Shown one piece after another: positions 26,897 to 41,849 of a stretch of 64,000 nt of DNA (its first letter is position 1; each line of letters starts with the position of its first letter). The notes below the pieces were generated by a model. It saw only the letters and a list, made by a program, of their open reading frames with translations. It had not been told where the DNA came from and ran no database searches. Both the position numbers and the translations under genes were made by a program. The stretch is from the human T2T-CHM13v2.0 reference genome, Homo sapiens. Where the stretch lies: assembly GCF_009914755.1 (NCBI RefSeq), contig NC_060933.1; one strand, given 5' to 3'.

Positions 26897-29612
26897 ATTT
26901 TTTCTCTTTTATTTCTTTTTCAACTTTTGTTTTCGGCTCAGGAGGTACATGTGCAGGTTGGTTACATGGGTAACCCTGTGTGTCACTGGGTTTTGGTATA
27001 CAAATGATTTCATCACCCAGGTAGTGAACATAGCACCCAGTAGGTAATTTTTTGACTCTCACCCTCTTCCTACCCTCCATCCTCAAGTAGGCCCCACTGT
27101 CTATGGTTCCCCTTTAGCTCTCACTTATAAGTGAGAACATGCAGTATTTGGTTTTCTGTTCCTATATTGATTTGCTTAGGATATTGGCCTCCAGCTGCAT
27201 CTGTGTTGCTGCAATGGACATGATTTTGTTCTCCTTTATGGCTGCATAGTAGTACATGGTGTATATGTACCACATTTTCTTTATTCAGTCCACTGTTGGA
27301 CACCTAGGTTGATTCTATGTCTTTGCTATTGTGAATACTGCTGCCATGAACATACATGTACATGTGTCTTTATGGTAGAATGACTTATTTTCCTTTGGGT
27401 AGATACCCAGTAATGAGATTACCGAGTCAAATGGTAGTTCTGTTTCAAGTTCTTTAAGAAATCTCCAAACTGCTTTCCACAGTGGCCAAAGTAATTTACA
27501 TTCCCACCAGCGGTATATAAGCATTCCCTTTTCTCTGCAACCTCATCAGCATGTTATTTTCTGATTTTTTAATAGTAGCCATTCTGACTGGTGTGAGATG
27601 GTATTTCATTGTGGTTTTGATTTACATTTCTCTAATGATTGTGATGTTGAGCATTTTTTCATATGCTTGTTGGCCATAGACATGTTGAGAAGTGTCTGTT
27701 CATGTCCTTTGCCCATTTTTTAAAATGAGGTTGTTTTTTGCTTGTTGATTCATTTAAGTTCCACATAGATTCTGAATATGAGACCCCTGTCAGGTGCATA
27801 GTTTGCAAATGTTTTCTCCCATCCCTAGGTTGTCTTTCTACTCGGTTGATAGTTTCTTTTACTGTACAGAATCTCTTTAATATAATTAGGTCCCACTTGT
27901 CCATTTTTGTTTTTGTTGCAATCGCTTTTGGAGACTTCATCATGGAATCTTTCCCAAAGCCTATGTCCAGAATGGTATGTCCTAGGTTTTCTTCTACCGT
28001 TTTTATAGTATTAGGTCCTATATTTATGTCTTTAATGCATCTTGAATTAGTCTTTGTATATGGCAAAATTAGGGGTCCAGTTTAAATCTTCTGCGTATGG
28101 CTAGCCAGTTGTCTCAGTACCATTGATTGAATAGGGAGTCCTTTTCCTATTGCTTGTTATTGTCTACTTTGTTGAAGATCAGAGGGTTGTATATGTGCAG
28201 CTTTATTTCTGGGTTCTTTAACCTGTTTCACTGGTTTATGTGTCTGTTTTTGTGCAAGTACCATGCTGTCAAGGAGCTTCCTTACCTTCCGTATTCTGCA
28301 TTCTGTGTCTGTCATTTTAGCCACTTCAGTCTGGTTAAGAATCATTGCTTGGGAGCTCAGGCAGTTGTTGGAGGTAAGAAGACACTCTGGCTTTTAGAGT
28401 TTCCAGAGTTTTTGCACTCGTTCTTTCTCATCTGTGTGGGCTCATGTTCCTTTAATCTTTTGAAATTGCTGTCTTTTGGATGGGTCTTTTTGCTTTTATA
28501 TTCTTTGATGCCCTTGAGGTTTTGGATGTGGCATAAATTAGGTTTAATCGATTGGCTTCGTTTCTGGATACTTTCAGGGGTCCAAGGCTCAGCTCAGCAT
28601 TCCTGGGCTATGTGATCTAATCCTCAGGGGCTGGGACCTGCGGCTTTGCTCTCTGGCTCCTCAAGGTTAAGCACCTGCTGTGCTGGAGGGGCCGAGGTGT
28701 TCCCAGTTCACTGGCAGCAACATCCCCAACAAAGGCTGTCAGCAAAAGTGTTCCAGTGGGGCAGTGGTGGGACCCCACGTACATGTACACCAGCACATGA
28801 GATCCCCAGGGAAGGCAGAGGTCCTCATGCACATGGACACTGGTGGGGCAGTGGTGGGTCCTCCTGCATGTGCTTACTGGCAAGGTGGCAGAGTGAGGTT
28901 CGAGTAGGTGCATTGTTGGTGGGGGTCCAGCTGCAAAAGCACTCCAATGGTTAGACAGGCTCTGCTGGTAAAAGAGCAGTGGTGGTGGCTGCTGTCAAGC
29001 TGAGGCTGCACTGTAAGGGGATGCAAACAGACAGGAATCCTGGGAGAAGGTAGCAGACAGGTGGGTGCTCAGATCAGACATGCCCTGTCCCGTGGTAAGA
29101 TGGCCCTACTTTGTCCATGTCTGACAGCCAACAAAGGCCAGGCCACTTAGAGGGATATGGCACGCCTTAGTGTATGGGCTCCCATGGCTATGCTTCACTG
29201 CAGTCATTCTCAGACCAAACCCTCTAAGTTCCATGCAGACTGGAGTTCTGTCTCTGCCAACTTTATGGGCAGTTCTCCCTGCCATCTCAGATGCCAGTGG
29301 GAGTCATGGGTCTTCTGCAGCTAACATCCCAGAGGTCTGTGGCAAGAGTGAGCCACTCCATGCCTATTTCACTCGCCCCTTCCCTGGGAGCTCCTCAGGG
29401 CCAGGAAGGAGTCCTGGTGCTCAGCAACCCTATGCAGGGTTTCCAGCCTCCTCATCTTTTAGCCTGGGGTCTGCATCTTCTCTTTGTCCACTCTCAGTCC
29501 CTTCGTTCCAAAGATCTTTCAGAGTATGCCAGTCTACTTGGTGGCCTTGTCTCGCTCAGTGGGAGCAGTTTCTCCTGGCTACTTCTGGTTGGCCACCTCG
29601 GCTCTCCCCTCT
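26897..29612 (-). mobile_element. L1PA15/16-like LINE retaining both ends but with most of ORF1 and ORF2 deleted
   Basis: 3' UTR and ORF2 C-terminus 26897-28269 ([24 protein letters not shown]), abrupt switch at 28269/28270 to ORF1 N-terminus (..LNQTEVAKMTDTECRI..) and GC-rich 5' UTR ending GCTACTTCTGGTTGGCCACCTCGGCTC. Confidence 0.88.
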
Positions 29613-30139
29613 CTATATCCTCCTTAAATCAGATGTTTTTCAGTTGCCTGTAAACTACCTACCTCAAATATTGTGCAAATACTCTCATGTTTTCTGTTGG
29701 GAATGAGGTGAGCACTATCATTCTTATTTGAAAGTTGTTACAGAGAAAATGGAGAAGGATTATGTGGTTTGAAGATCGATTGACCAGTATCTATACTGAT
29801 GACAGAGAAAAAATGTGATTAAATGAAGGCAAAATAACTTTTTTCTTATGATATTGAAAATAGGAGATAGTGAAGTACTGTGTCTGGCTGAAAAGTGTTG
29901 CTGAATTTGGTTTCACATACATCTTCTATATAATGGTAATAAGAGATACATATAAAACTGTTCGGAATGATTTAATAAGGATTTAGATCTGGGTAAGCCT
30001 AGAGGGAGAAATTTAATCAAGTTGACTTTCTATTGTATATAAATAGAAGCAATATTGTCCAGAAGCAAGTGGATGCTGCTCATGGTTTTCTGTTTTTATG
30101 GAAAATTAGTAAAGAGAGAGGAACATAGGAAACAAAAAT

Positions 30140-30350
30140 TTTAATTACCTACTATGTGCCAGTCTTTTGTTTTCAATTCCCTCATTTATCCTTATACAAA
30201 GCTCCCTAGGGGAGTTACCATTATCCTCATTTTACACATGAGGATACCAGCTGGGAGCCATAAAGTAACTGGTCCAAAATCACATAGCTAGAAAATGGCA
30301 CAGCCAAAATTTTAACTGAGATCAGCCTGACTTCAGAACTGTCTTCTATC
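30140..30350 (-). mobile_element. MIR SINE
   Basis: CCTACTATGTGCCAG..ATTATCCTCATTTTACACATGAGGA..TCACATAGCTAG. Confidence 0.85.
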
Positions 30351-31759
30351 TACCTGATAGCCTGTCATGATTTTTGTATTTAATCATTCACTTTCTTCTT
30401 GTTTTGGAGAAATTATGCAGGATTTGATCACCAATACCTGTGCAATTCCATACAGTATGTTAATTACCATTCTAAAATCATTTTAGTATTGAACAACTCA
30501 CCAAACTGAATACAATACAATTCACCAAATACTGAAATGCTTTCTCTGGAGGGCCAATGGGCCATTCTGTTCTGAATCCACAGTGTATTGTTAGCTACTG
30601 TTCAAGTTTGATTATTGCCAAATATGTCTTTGGGAGCATTCCCTAAGTATGATAGAATCTTTACTAACTTATTAACATCTGAGGAGTTGGGAAATTCTGC
30701 AAGCGTTATTAATGCTGAATCAATTGAAAATATAAAATAGGCAATACTGTCTCCTGCTTTGGGAGAGGGTAAGTGGTTACAGCAAACTCACAAAGATAGA
30801 GAGAAATAAACTTCAGAAAGATGGTTTCAATCACTGTCGAAAACAGTGTACATCTATGTGAGATGCTATATGAAAATGTGGAGCAATGGCTTTCCTGGTA
30901 GGTGTGAAAACGTTAAGGCAAGGCACCAATCAGTAGATCTCCAATTCCTTGGGTGCTCTTCAGGAAAGGTATTTCTTATTGCAGTCTCAAAATCAAAAGA
31001 GAGAAACAGAAGAAACACTACAATTATTACCATCATAAAATTCTGTCAAGTATCCATTTAAAAAGATAAAATTTCTTGTTTCTGAGCCAAGGATGATCGA
31101 AGTTACATACTTTTTAAACACACGTGTAATTCTTCTACATCTTAGAGAAACTTTGGACAAAAAATTGGGAAATATACACATGAAATATTGATTCTAATCC
31201 CTGGTGAGTAATCAGGTTAACCCTATTCGTAGAATAGGGTTGAGATAATTAATAGGTGGATGTGCCAAAATGAGTAAATGAATCCATTATAATACATTAT
31301 GTCACAATCCTATCTTTGCTACCATCACTTTAAAATAAAAATAACATTTAACAAGTTCTGTGCCATGAAGTTGAAAATAGAATGTTAAAGATTGTCATTA
31401 TTTCTTCTTTGGGAAGGCTTGTGACTGATAAGATAACTATTGCCTAAACTATTTTAGCATGTGGAATTGGCACAGATAAATTCTCTGCTCTATGTACTAA
31501 TTACTGTAATTTGATCATTATAATCATTATAATTTCATATTCACTTTATATGAGATACTCTTTTAACACTGCCTGTCACATCATAGTAAATGTGCTTGCA
31601 AGATTTTTTTGGGGGGAGACACTATTATATCTTATCAACAATGCCTTTAGTAGCTTAATTATGATATGCCTTCAGGATTTTTATAACACCTGTTATAAAG
31701 CCTGTTTCCTGAATTAGAATGTTATATTTCTAAGAGCTGTATCAAGATATTATTTTAAA

Positions 31760-32170
31760 TGAATTGCTAGTTGCATTTCTAATATTTATATGAGAACAAT
31801 TACTAAAAACAACATAAAATTTCATCAAGGAGATACTTATTAAATTAATAATGGCCTATCCATATGATAATAGAATACTACATATTTACAAAAAGAATGA
31901 GGAAAGTCTATATACTGAGTTAGATTTCCATGGTATATTACGGGATCAAAAGAACAAAGTGCAAAACAGTGTACATAAAATATATTTTGATACAAAACAG
32001 GGGATACATAAAAATTGACCTCTATATTTTCTTTCTTTTTCATAAAAAATAACTCTGGTAGGATAAATAAGCAAGTAGTAAGAATGGTTTCCTGAGAGTA
32101 AGGAGAAGGGTATACGTGGTAACTGAATGAATGGAAGATGGAGTTGAAGAGAATCTTTCACTGTACTCTT
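31760..32170 (+). mobile_element. Old L1M 3'-end remnant
   Basis: ATAGAATACTAC..AAAAAGAATGAGG..GATTTCC..AAAGTGCAAAACAGTGTA..CTTTCACTGTA. Confidence 0.65.
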
Positions 32171-32509
32171 CTCCTTAGTCATTGTTGATGGCTCCTGGTG
32201 CCATGAGAAGTTTTTGATAGTCATAATCACTGCATCAATCTTTCTTTTATTCCTTTTGGATTTCGAGTCATACATACAAAAGTCTTTACCTTTTGTCATT
32301 TTATCACTTGTATAATTTTTATAATTATTGTATTTTTTAGTTTATTGTGGTGCATATTATGAGAAATTGTGATTATCCAGTTGTCCCAACACCAGTTATT
32401 TAATAGATTACCACTTACCTATTGATTGGAGACACTATGTTGGTCATATATTAAATTATATGTATTTGAACTATTCCATTACATTGATATGTCTGTGAAT
32501 GAGCCCCTA

Positions 32510-32704
32510 TTTTTTTCTTTCTTTTTCTTTTTTTGTTATTTCTGTGTGTGTTTGTTTTTGAGATGGGGTCTCACTCTCTTGCCCATGCTACAGTGCAGTG
32601 GCACAGGGCACAGCTCACTGCAGCCTCAAACTCCTGAGCTCAAGCGATCCTCCTACAGCCTCACAAAATGCTGAGGTTATAACTGTGAGCCACCGCACCT
32701 GGCC
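32510..32704 (-). mobile_element. Alu monomer (FRAM/AluJ-like)
   Basis: Single ~150-bp monomer GAGATGGGGTCTCACTCT..GCTCAAGCGATCCTCC..GAGCCACCGCACCTGGCC with T-rich tail. Confidence 0.85.
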
Positions 32705-33013
32705 TCATGTTTTAATTACTAAGACTTTATGCTTTAAAGTTGATATGTCTATAGGTCTAATCTGCCCTCATTGTTCTTCTCTTTCAGAGGTTTCCTGGCT
32801 TTTAAAATGTATTTTTATAATCATCTAGTTTAAACATGTTGGTCTTTTAATTGAGGCTGTCCTAAATTTATAAATTTACCCTTATGATGTTGAGTATTCC
32901 TGTCCCCAAACCTGAAATGTCTTTCTACTTATTCAAGTCTTTCTTTGGCATTTCAGTCATGTAGTACAGTTTTCCTTATACGGGACTAGAACATTTCTTA
33001 TTCATTTCTAGGT

Positions 33014-35164
<2,151 letters not shown>

Positions 35165-36903
35165 TTAAAAAATTGACTTATCAGTTATACATGCAAACTG
35201 GTTGTTGTTTATGTATATGAAAGCAATCATTTTTTGATTGTTTATTTCGTACTTCCCTACCTTTCTAGATTTTCTTATTGTTTGTAATAGTTTTCTCATT
35301 GGGTCTCTTGGATTTTCAGGTATGTTATCATATTACCTGAAAATTGTGGTAATCCATTCCCGCCTTTTCACTTTTCAGGTCTCTAGTTTCTTTTTCTTAT
35401 CTAATTGCAATGGTTAGTTTAATAAGCTCCTTTAGAAGATTCTGCAAAGACTAGCCAATGGAATGAAGGTTACAGCAACAGGGTCTAGATAAAATAACCC
35501 ATTTATATGTGCACCATTTTAAATAACTCTTTTGGCTCTATCAGCATGACCTGCTAGTCAGAGATTTTTCTGAGGCAGTGTTTCTAAGAAATGAAAATGT
35601 ATTTCACCAGGTTTTGGAATCATCTTTGGTATATCAAACTGGAGCTTTCCTTGGAGGCCAGGTTACAAATGGCCATGATTCAACTGAAGTAATTTAAAGG
35701 AAGATACACAGACAAACTAGAGATTTTAGCAATTAACCAGTTAATTCCTCTTTTCCACAGACTACATTTACTGAATGTGGTTTTTGCAAAATCCCCATCT
35801 TCCACCTTTCACAATTTTCAAATTCAGTTATTATAGTTGAACATATCCACGTTGAGTTTAAGAATGACTTCATCAATGGCAGCAAGATTGCCTGGTATAT
35901 TGTGTGATGATATCTGTATTTGTATCTATATTTAGCCAATTTGGGGCTGAGTTTGGTTCTAAAATGAAACAAAAAATATTTGATAACTAAATAAAATGAA
36001 TGTCAATCAAGCTCACAGTTGCTAAGTTTAGGGATTCTTTATGCAAGAAGAAAAAGATTAGCGAATTCTTGTGAAAATCCACGGCTGGAATTACCAATTG
36101 CAAGACTGGTTTTCCACAGTTAAAATTTACAAATGTTCCTACTGGCACAATCTTCAGAATATTTGATCAATGAGGAAGTTTATTATGGAAAGAAAGGCAT
36201 AGTAATGATAATAAAGGAAATGTCCCAGCACTACCAAAGTTAAACAGAGTACAGTGTCCTCTCAGGCCCTAGGGCCATGAAGGCCCTACTCTGGTTTGAG
36301 GAGCACTTAACTTGTAAAAGGGTTGATTTTCCTTAAACACCTTGAAACTCACATCTGGACAAAAATGAAGATCAGTAAACCTGCCAGGAAACAAGCAAGC
36401 AGGTTCAAAATAAAACTTCCCAGTTGTGAGTTCTTGCAATCTAGTTCAGTCAACTGTCTTTGTAGCTTGAGAAAAGAGAAGTTGCCAGCTTGGCAACCTG
36501 ATGAAAGTTGCTCCTAATTTAAGCTCCCATATTTAGCCAAACTCTCACAACTTGCAAATCTACAGGAAACCAGCAGGACAGAACATCCATTCAATCATGA
36601 AAATCCACCATTGTAGCTTACTAGGATGAGTGTTAGTTACTCATGATGTCTACCAACTTGGTAACAGCAAGGTCATCTCTCAATTTCAGAGCATGTACAT
36701 TTTGACCTACTGTTCAAATAGACTTCCAATGATGAATGGAGGGTGATTTCTACCAGGTGAAAATCTTATTTGTCTATCCTAGACTGCTGGTAAAAAAAAA
36801 AAAAATCCTGAATGAGAGCCAAAAGATACATGAACTGAATTATATATACTGAGAAGAATTTGTAAATCAAGTGACTGCTGATTTGTAAGGAGGTTCTCTT
36901 GAG

Positions 36904-36931
<28 letters not shown>
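36904..36931. repeat. (GT)14 microsatellite
   Basis: Read directly. Confidence 0.97.
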
Positions 36932-36934
<3 letters not shown>

Positions 36935-37959
36935 CACATGTGTATGTATTTTTGTTTATTTTGTCTGTATCAATGCTGTGCAGTGCCAGGTTTTATACAT
37001 TATCAAATATATAGTCATTACCTATTGAAAAGACTAAATATTGGCTTGGAGGCATTGGCTAAACTTTACCATAGTTCTTTTTATAATTAGATTTTTTTAA
37101 ACCTAGCCCCACATGCTGCTACTTTTAGCATGATGCAGGAGGGTCTAGTTAAGTTATGCTATATGCTTTTCAATTAAACCATAACTTTCACATGTGCATT
37201 TTGTTGTGCTTACCAACATTAAATAAATGGATAACACCTGAATAAATTTAGTGTCCCAGAGTTCACTTATTCTGGAAACTAACTTACCAGTGAGAGGTTT
37301 TTCATGTTAGTTCAGTCAAGAGTTTTACTGAGTTGAAGTAAAGCAGTAGTTCCTTAAGCATAACCTCTAAAAACAGGTAATAGTAAAATACATACTAGTA
37401 TTTATGACTGACCCATTTCTCAACCCATTTAAATCTGGAAAGATATGTAATGTGAGTCTAGTTTATACACTTAGGCTATTCATATATACAGTAAAGCTCT
37501 TTCATAAAGCTTCTTATCAGGGGAAATGTCTTAGAAAGGAAATGGAAAATTATGGCCATAGAGTTAGTACATAAGATTTCCAGTCTTGCATTTTACATTT
37601 ATATCTCTTTGTGCTAAAAGATATAGCTACTGACAATAACATTGCACATGTGCATAAAGTGATCCAAGAGACATGTATTGCTAGCACTTCTTGGAACCTA
37701 AGAACCCTGTGGCCTCACTTTACTGTTCATGACATTTTTCTTAGTAAAGCTGATTGGCAATGACAATCAACTGAAGTTTCTCATTTTTGAAAGTTTTAAC
37801 ACCTGATTTTGGTTAGGTATCTGTTGTGGGGACTTATGCACAGAGGTGCTTAGTGAATATTGGTTAATAATGATCACTACCTGCTGAATAAAATTAAATA
37901 TTGTGCACAATGTAGACACTGATAAATTTGATGAAGAAACTAAATATGTCTGAAAGAGC

Positions 37960-38130
37960 TAGATCTTGCAAACTGTAGTCTGTGAATGACTTGTCATTTG
38001 GGGTGTCCATTAAAAATTAAAATTCCTAGCCTATACCTAAGACTCTGTGATTTATAACTATGAGCCTGGGAACCTTAATTTTAACAACTCCTTTGGCAAA
38101 TACTTCTGCATTGAAATGTTCGATAACTAT
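37960..38130. mobile_element. MER5-like hAT-Charlie MITE (degenerate)
   Basis: TTAAAAATTAAAATTCCTAG..GAGCCTGGGAACCTTAATTTTAACAACTCC pattern. Confidence 0.55.
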
Positions 38131-38419
38131 TAATCTTTAGCTTATCACAAGGTTATCACAAGAAGAGTGGTTAACTATGTGTGGTTTGAGAATAAAACAT
38201 GAAGATGAAAAGGTGGAAGTAATGGGGAAATTTAATATGAAGAAACTTTCTTAAATCAATAAAATTTACCCCACAAACAAAAAATAAGAAAAGAGTAAAA
38301 GAATAAACAACAACAACAGAAAAAAAGAAAAAAGTTATCAAACAAAGGAATAGGATGACTGTGAATTAGTGAGTTTCCTATCTTGGAAGTATTCAAGCAT
38401 ATCTGGGATGTTTATTAGA

Positions 38420-38545
38420 CAGTGCTTCTTAAACTTTACCATGAGTATGGATCATGTGAGGATCATGTTAAAATGCAGATTCTGGCTCAGGAGGTCTGAG
38501 GTGGGACCTGAGATTCTGCATTTCCAACAAAGCTCTCGGGTTTGG
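38420..38545. mobile_element. MER5A/B hAT-Charlie MITE fragment
   Basis: CAGTGCTTCTTAAACTT..GTTAAAATGCAGATTCTG..GGTGGGACCTGAGATTCTGCATTTCCAACAA. Confidence 0.85.
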
Positions 38546-39562
38546 CTGAATCTCAAAGGAAATGTAATCTGCAATAGCTCCATTATGCAAATAGTAGTAA
38601 CATTGAAGGAACTTGGGAATGAATTTCTAGAGACCTAGTTTTGAGTCCTGCCTCTACTTAACCATGTAAATTAACAGTCTTCTCCCAAGCCTGACAGTCC
38701 CACAATGGAGGAGAACATGTGCTCCTTTTTACAGCTGACCTCTTTGACTCTGAACTGACAGCTTCAATTTTTTATTCTGATAATACATGTATACATATGC
38801 CCTAGTGGTGACATCTTAAAATTTGATGCTTCCAATTTCTTTGGTTTGGGTAAAACAGACTCAAGCACATAAGAATTATATGTAAAGTATGAGTAAATAG
38901 ACTCTGAGTAAGTGTACAAAGATTCCTAATAGGTCACGAGGATAAATGTAATAACACCATTTTTGCTCTTCAAGGGTCTTTAAATGTACTTTCAAGGTTG
39001 TTTTGTTTGTTGTTGTTGCAGGGGGAGGGTGGAGCCTGTTGGAATTGCTAGAAATCTGATTTTTGATAAGTGGGGTATTTCTTTACCTGTCATCCTGATG
39101 ATGATAATAATAGTAACTGTTTTCTATTGGGCTTTGTTCTCCTTCTTTTTTTCTTTTCTGTCTTCTAAAATTCATTAACCTGAATTACTAATAGAGTGGG
39201 GAGGTACTAGGATGAGGATAGGCAAAATGGAGTTGATACCAAAAAAAGCTAGATGTCAAAGTAAAATATTTAGATATAATTCCATGTTTTAATTGAAGGT
39301 GTTGGAACTCTGAGGCTAAGAGGTACTATTACTTTAGAGGGCTAATTAAAAGTAAGACTTAGAAATAGGTCTCTAGAAATTCCTTCCACATTCCTTTAAT
39401 GTTAGTACTATTTGTATAATGGCATCATTGCAGGTTACTTTTTTTTGGAATGGCAGTGCAATAAGAACTTGTAGTTTATTCTTATTACTTTACATCTTTA
39501 GGTCACACCCATAGTCTAATTTTTAGGTGTCAAAAGAAACTAAGACAAAATTATATGTCTTA

Positions 39563-39904
<342 letters not shown>

Positions 39905-40469
39905 TCATATGTTACAAAATATTTTCTATTCACTTCTTTGAGCTTTTAAATATCAAATGATATTTGATCAAACTTTTCATTTGCGGATAAGCTGTTGTAA
40001 ACACATTTTACTAGCATTGCTATATTTTAGTAAATTTAAAACTCATTTTCTGACAATGATCCTGACTTCTCAAGATTGGATTAAATTACATTGATCACTG
40101 TGCATAAGACAGTATATAAAAAAAAGCCAGAACACACATAGTGCTTGCTAGAAGGGTTTTTATTAAAAACAACAACAAACACATAAACACAAAAACAGCT
40201 TAAAGAGTAAGCACTTTTGTTTGAGGTGTCTGGAAAGATACATACATATTCAATTTTTATTACAAAATGTTGGATAATGAGACATCACTACATTGTGTCT
40301 CCTTGAAGTTCTTTGGTCATTATTAATCAAGATATTTTTTGGCACTTCTCTTGTATCCGTATATTTTCTCTTTATATCCAGTGTGTGTTGGGCAGTGTGG
40401 GAACCTACAATGTAAAGCATAGGTCTAGACCGTTGTTAATTTAGGAATAGACAAGTCAGATTTAGAAGG

Positions 40470-40830
40470 ACTGGTTTAAGAGCATGGGCTTTGGAGGATG
40501 TCAGATAAGGGTCACAAATCCATGCTTACTAAATATGTGATCTTAAGGAATTTGTTTAATATCTCTGTTACTCAGAGTCCTCATCTATAAAATGGGAATC
40601 AAAATACCGACTTCCAGAAATGTTATAAGAAATAAATAAAATATGAATGCCAAGCACTTAAATTTAGAGACCGAAACATAGATGCTACATAAATATTTGC
40701 TGCTGAATGAATAAACTGGGTAATCTTGGGCAAGTTATTCATGAACTTCTGTTGCTTCATCTGTAAAATGGGAAAAAATATTGCTCAATCTCAGAGTTGT
40801 TAAAAATAAATGAAACCATGTACGTATTTC
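40470..40830 (+). mobile_element. Two tandem MIR fragments
   Basis: GGTTTAAGAGCATGGGCTTTGGAG..CTCATCTATAAAATGGGAAT and CTTGGGCAAGTTA..CTTCATCTGTAAAATGGG. Confidence 0.85.
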
Positions 40831-41849
40831 ATATATGTACATAGGGCAAAATGTACCTCTGGAATCTAGTAAAAACCTAATAAACTGTACTCTTTGGCAA
40901 TATTATTTTTTAATATTTAGAAAACAAATGCCAAGGTTCATGGTACAATATGAGTTCAGAGAAAGGGCAGACCATTGTGGGTGGGAGTCAAAAAGGAAGG
41001 CTTCCTCTAGGAGGTGCAACTCTGAATTACAGTTATACAACTCTGCAGGGGCCACTTTACCTACCCTCATAACCCATTGTTACCAGATGCCTTGTAGCAA
41101 ATGGAAACCAAGGTGCCAAGAAATAGTTTCTCGCAAAATCCCAAGGAGTTACACGTTCATGGGAAAGGGCTCATGTGAGTTCCACCAATGGCCTTTGCAT
41201 TCCCTGGTGAAGGGCAGTGAAGCATAAAAGATTACTTTGTTTTTGTGAACACTACTCCTGCAAAGGCATTATTTTATTTCCTCAGCATTCATCTGCTTCA
41301 ATTATATAGTTCACATTTGGTTTGTTTTTGGTGGTGGTGGTTTTATCTTGGATTTCTTCTTTTTTCAAATTGGAAATAGCTTTATATTTTCTTCTGATGA
41401 TATGTGACACATGCTCATGATTATTAATCAATAGGGAAAATTGAAGGAGAAGGTAAAGATATTGGAAATTTTCCCTACAAATCAGAATTTCTAAAAGAGA
41501 AGTAGGAGAGGCCCTAACTTCATGCAGAAATCAATGATAATTAACTTTGATCCCTATAGCAGCCAATAGAATCTTAGCTACAACTCTGGTCATGTCATTC
41601 TCATGTTTAAAAAAAGTTTGTTTCTTTTTCCCCCACCAGGACAGTCTTAGTCTTGAGCACAGCATATGAAGCCCTTTTGTGATCTGATTCTTGCCCAACT
41701 TGTCACTTTCCACCATTCTCCCTCTACCATTAATTCTATGTTCTGGCCACAGAGAACTACTTTAAATTCTCCAAGTGTTCCCTTCTTACCTTTAAAGCGT
41801 TTTTCACTTTTGAATTTTACACAGTGGAGAACTAAGCTAACAAGAGCCC

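Noticed and set aside
28269-28270. L1 junction as a spliced retrotransposed L1
   Set aside because: The inferred deleted segment does not appear to have GT..AG ends.
28127-29706. 162-aa and 178-aa plus-strand ORFs
   Set aside because: Antisense readings of L1 ORF1 and the 5' UTR.
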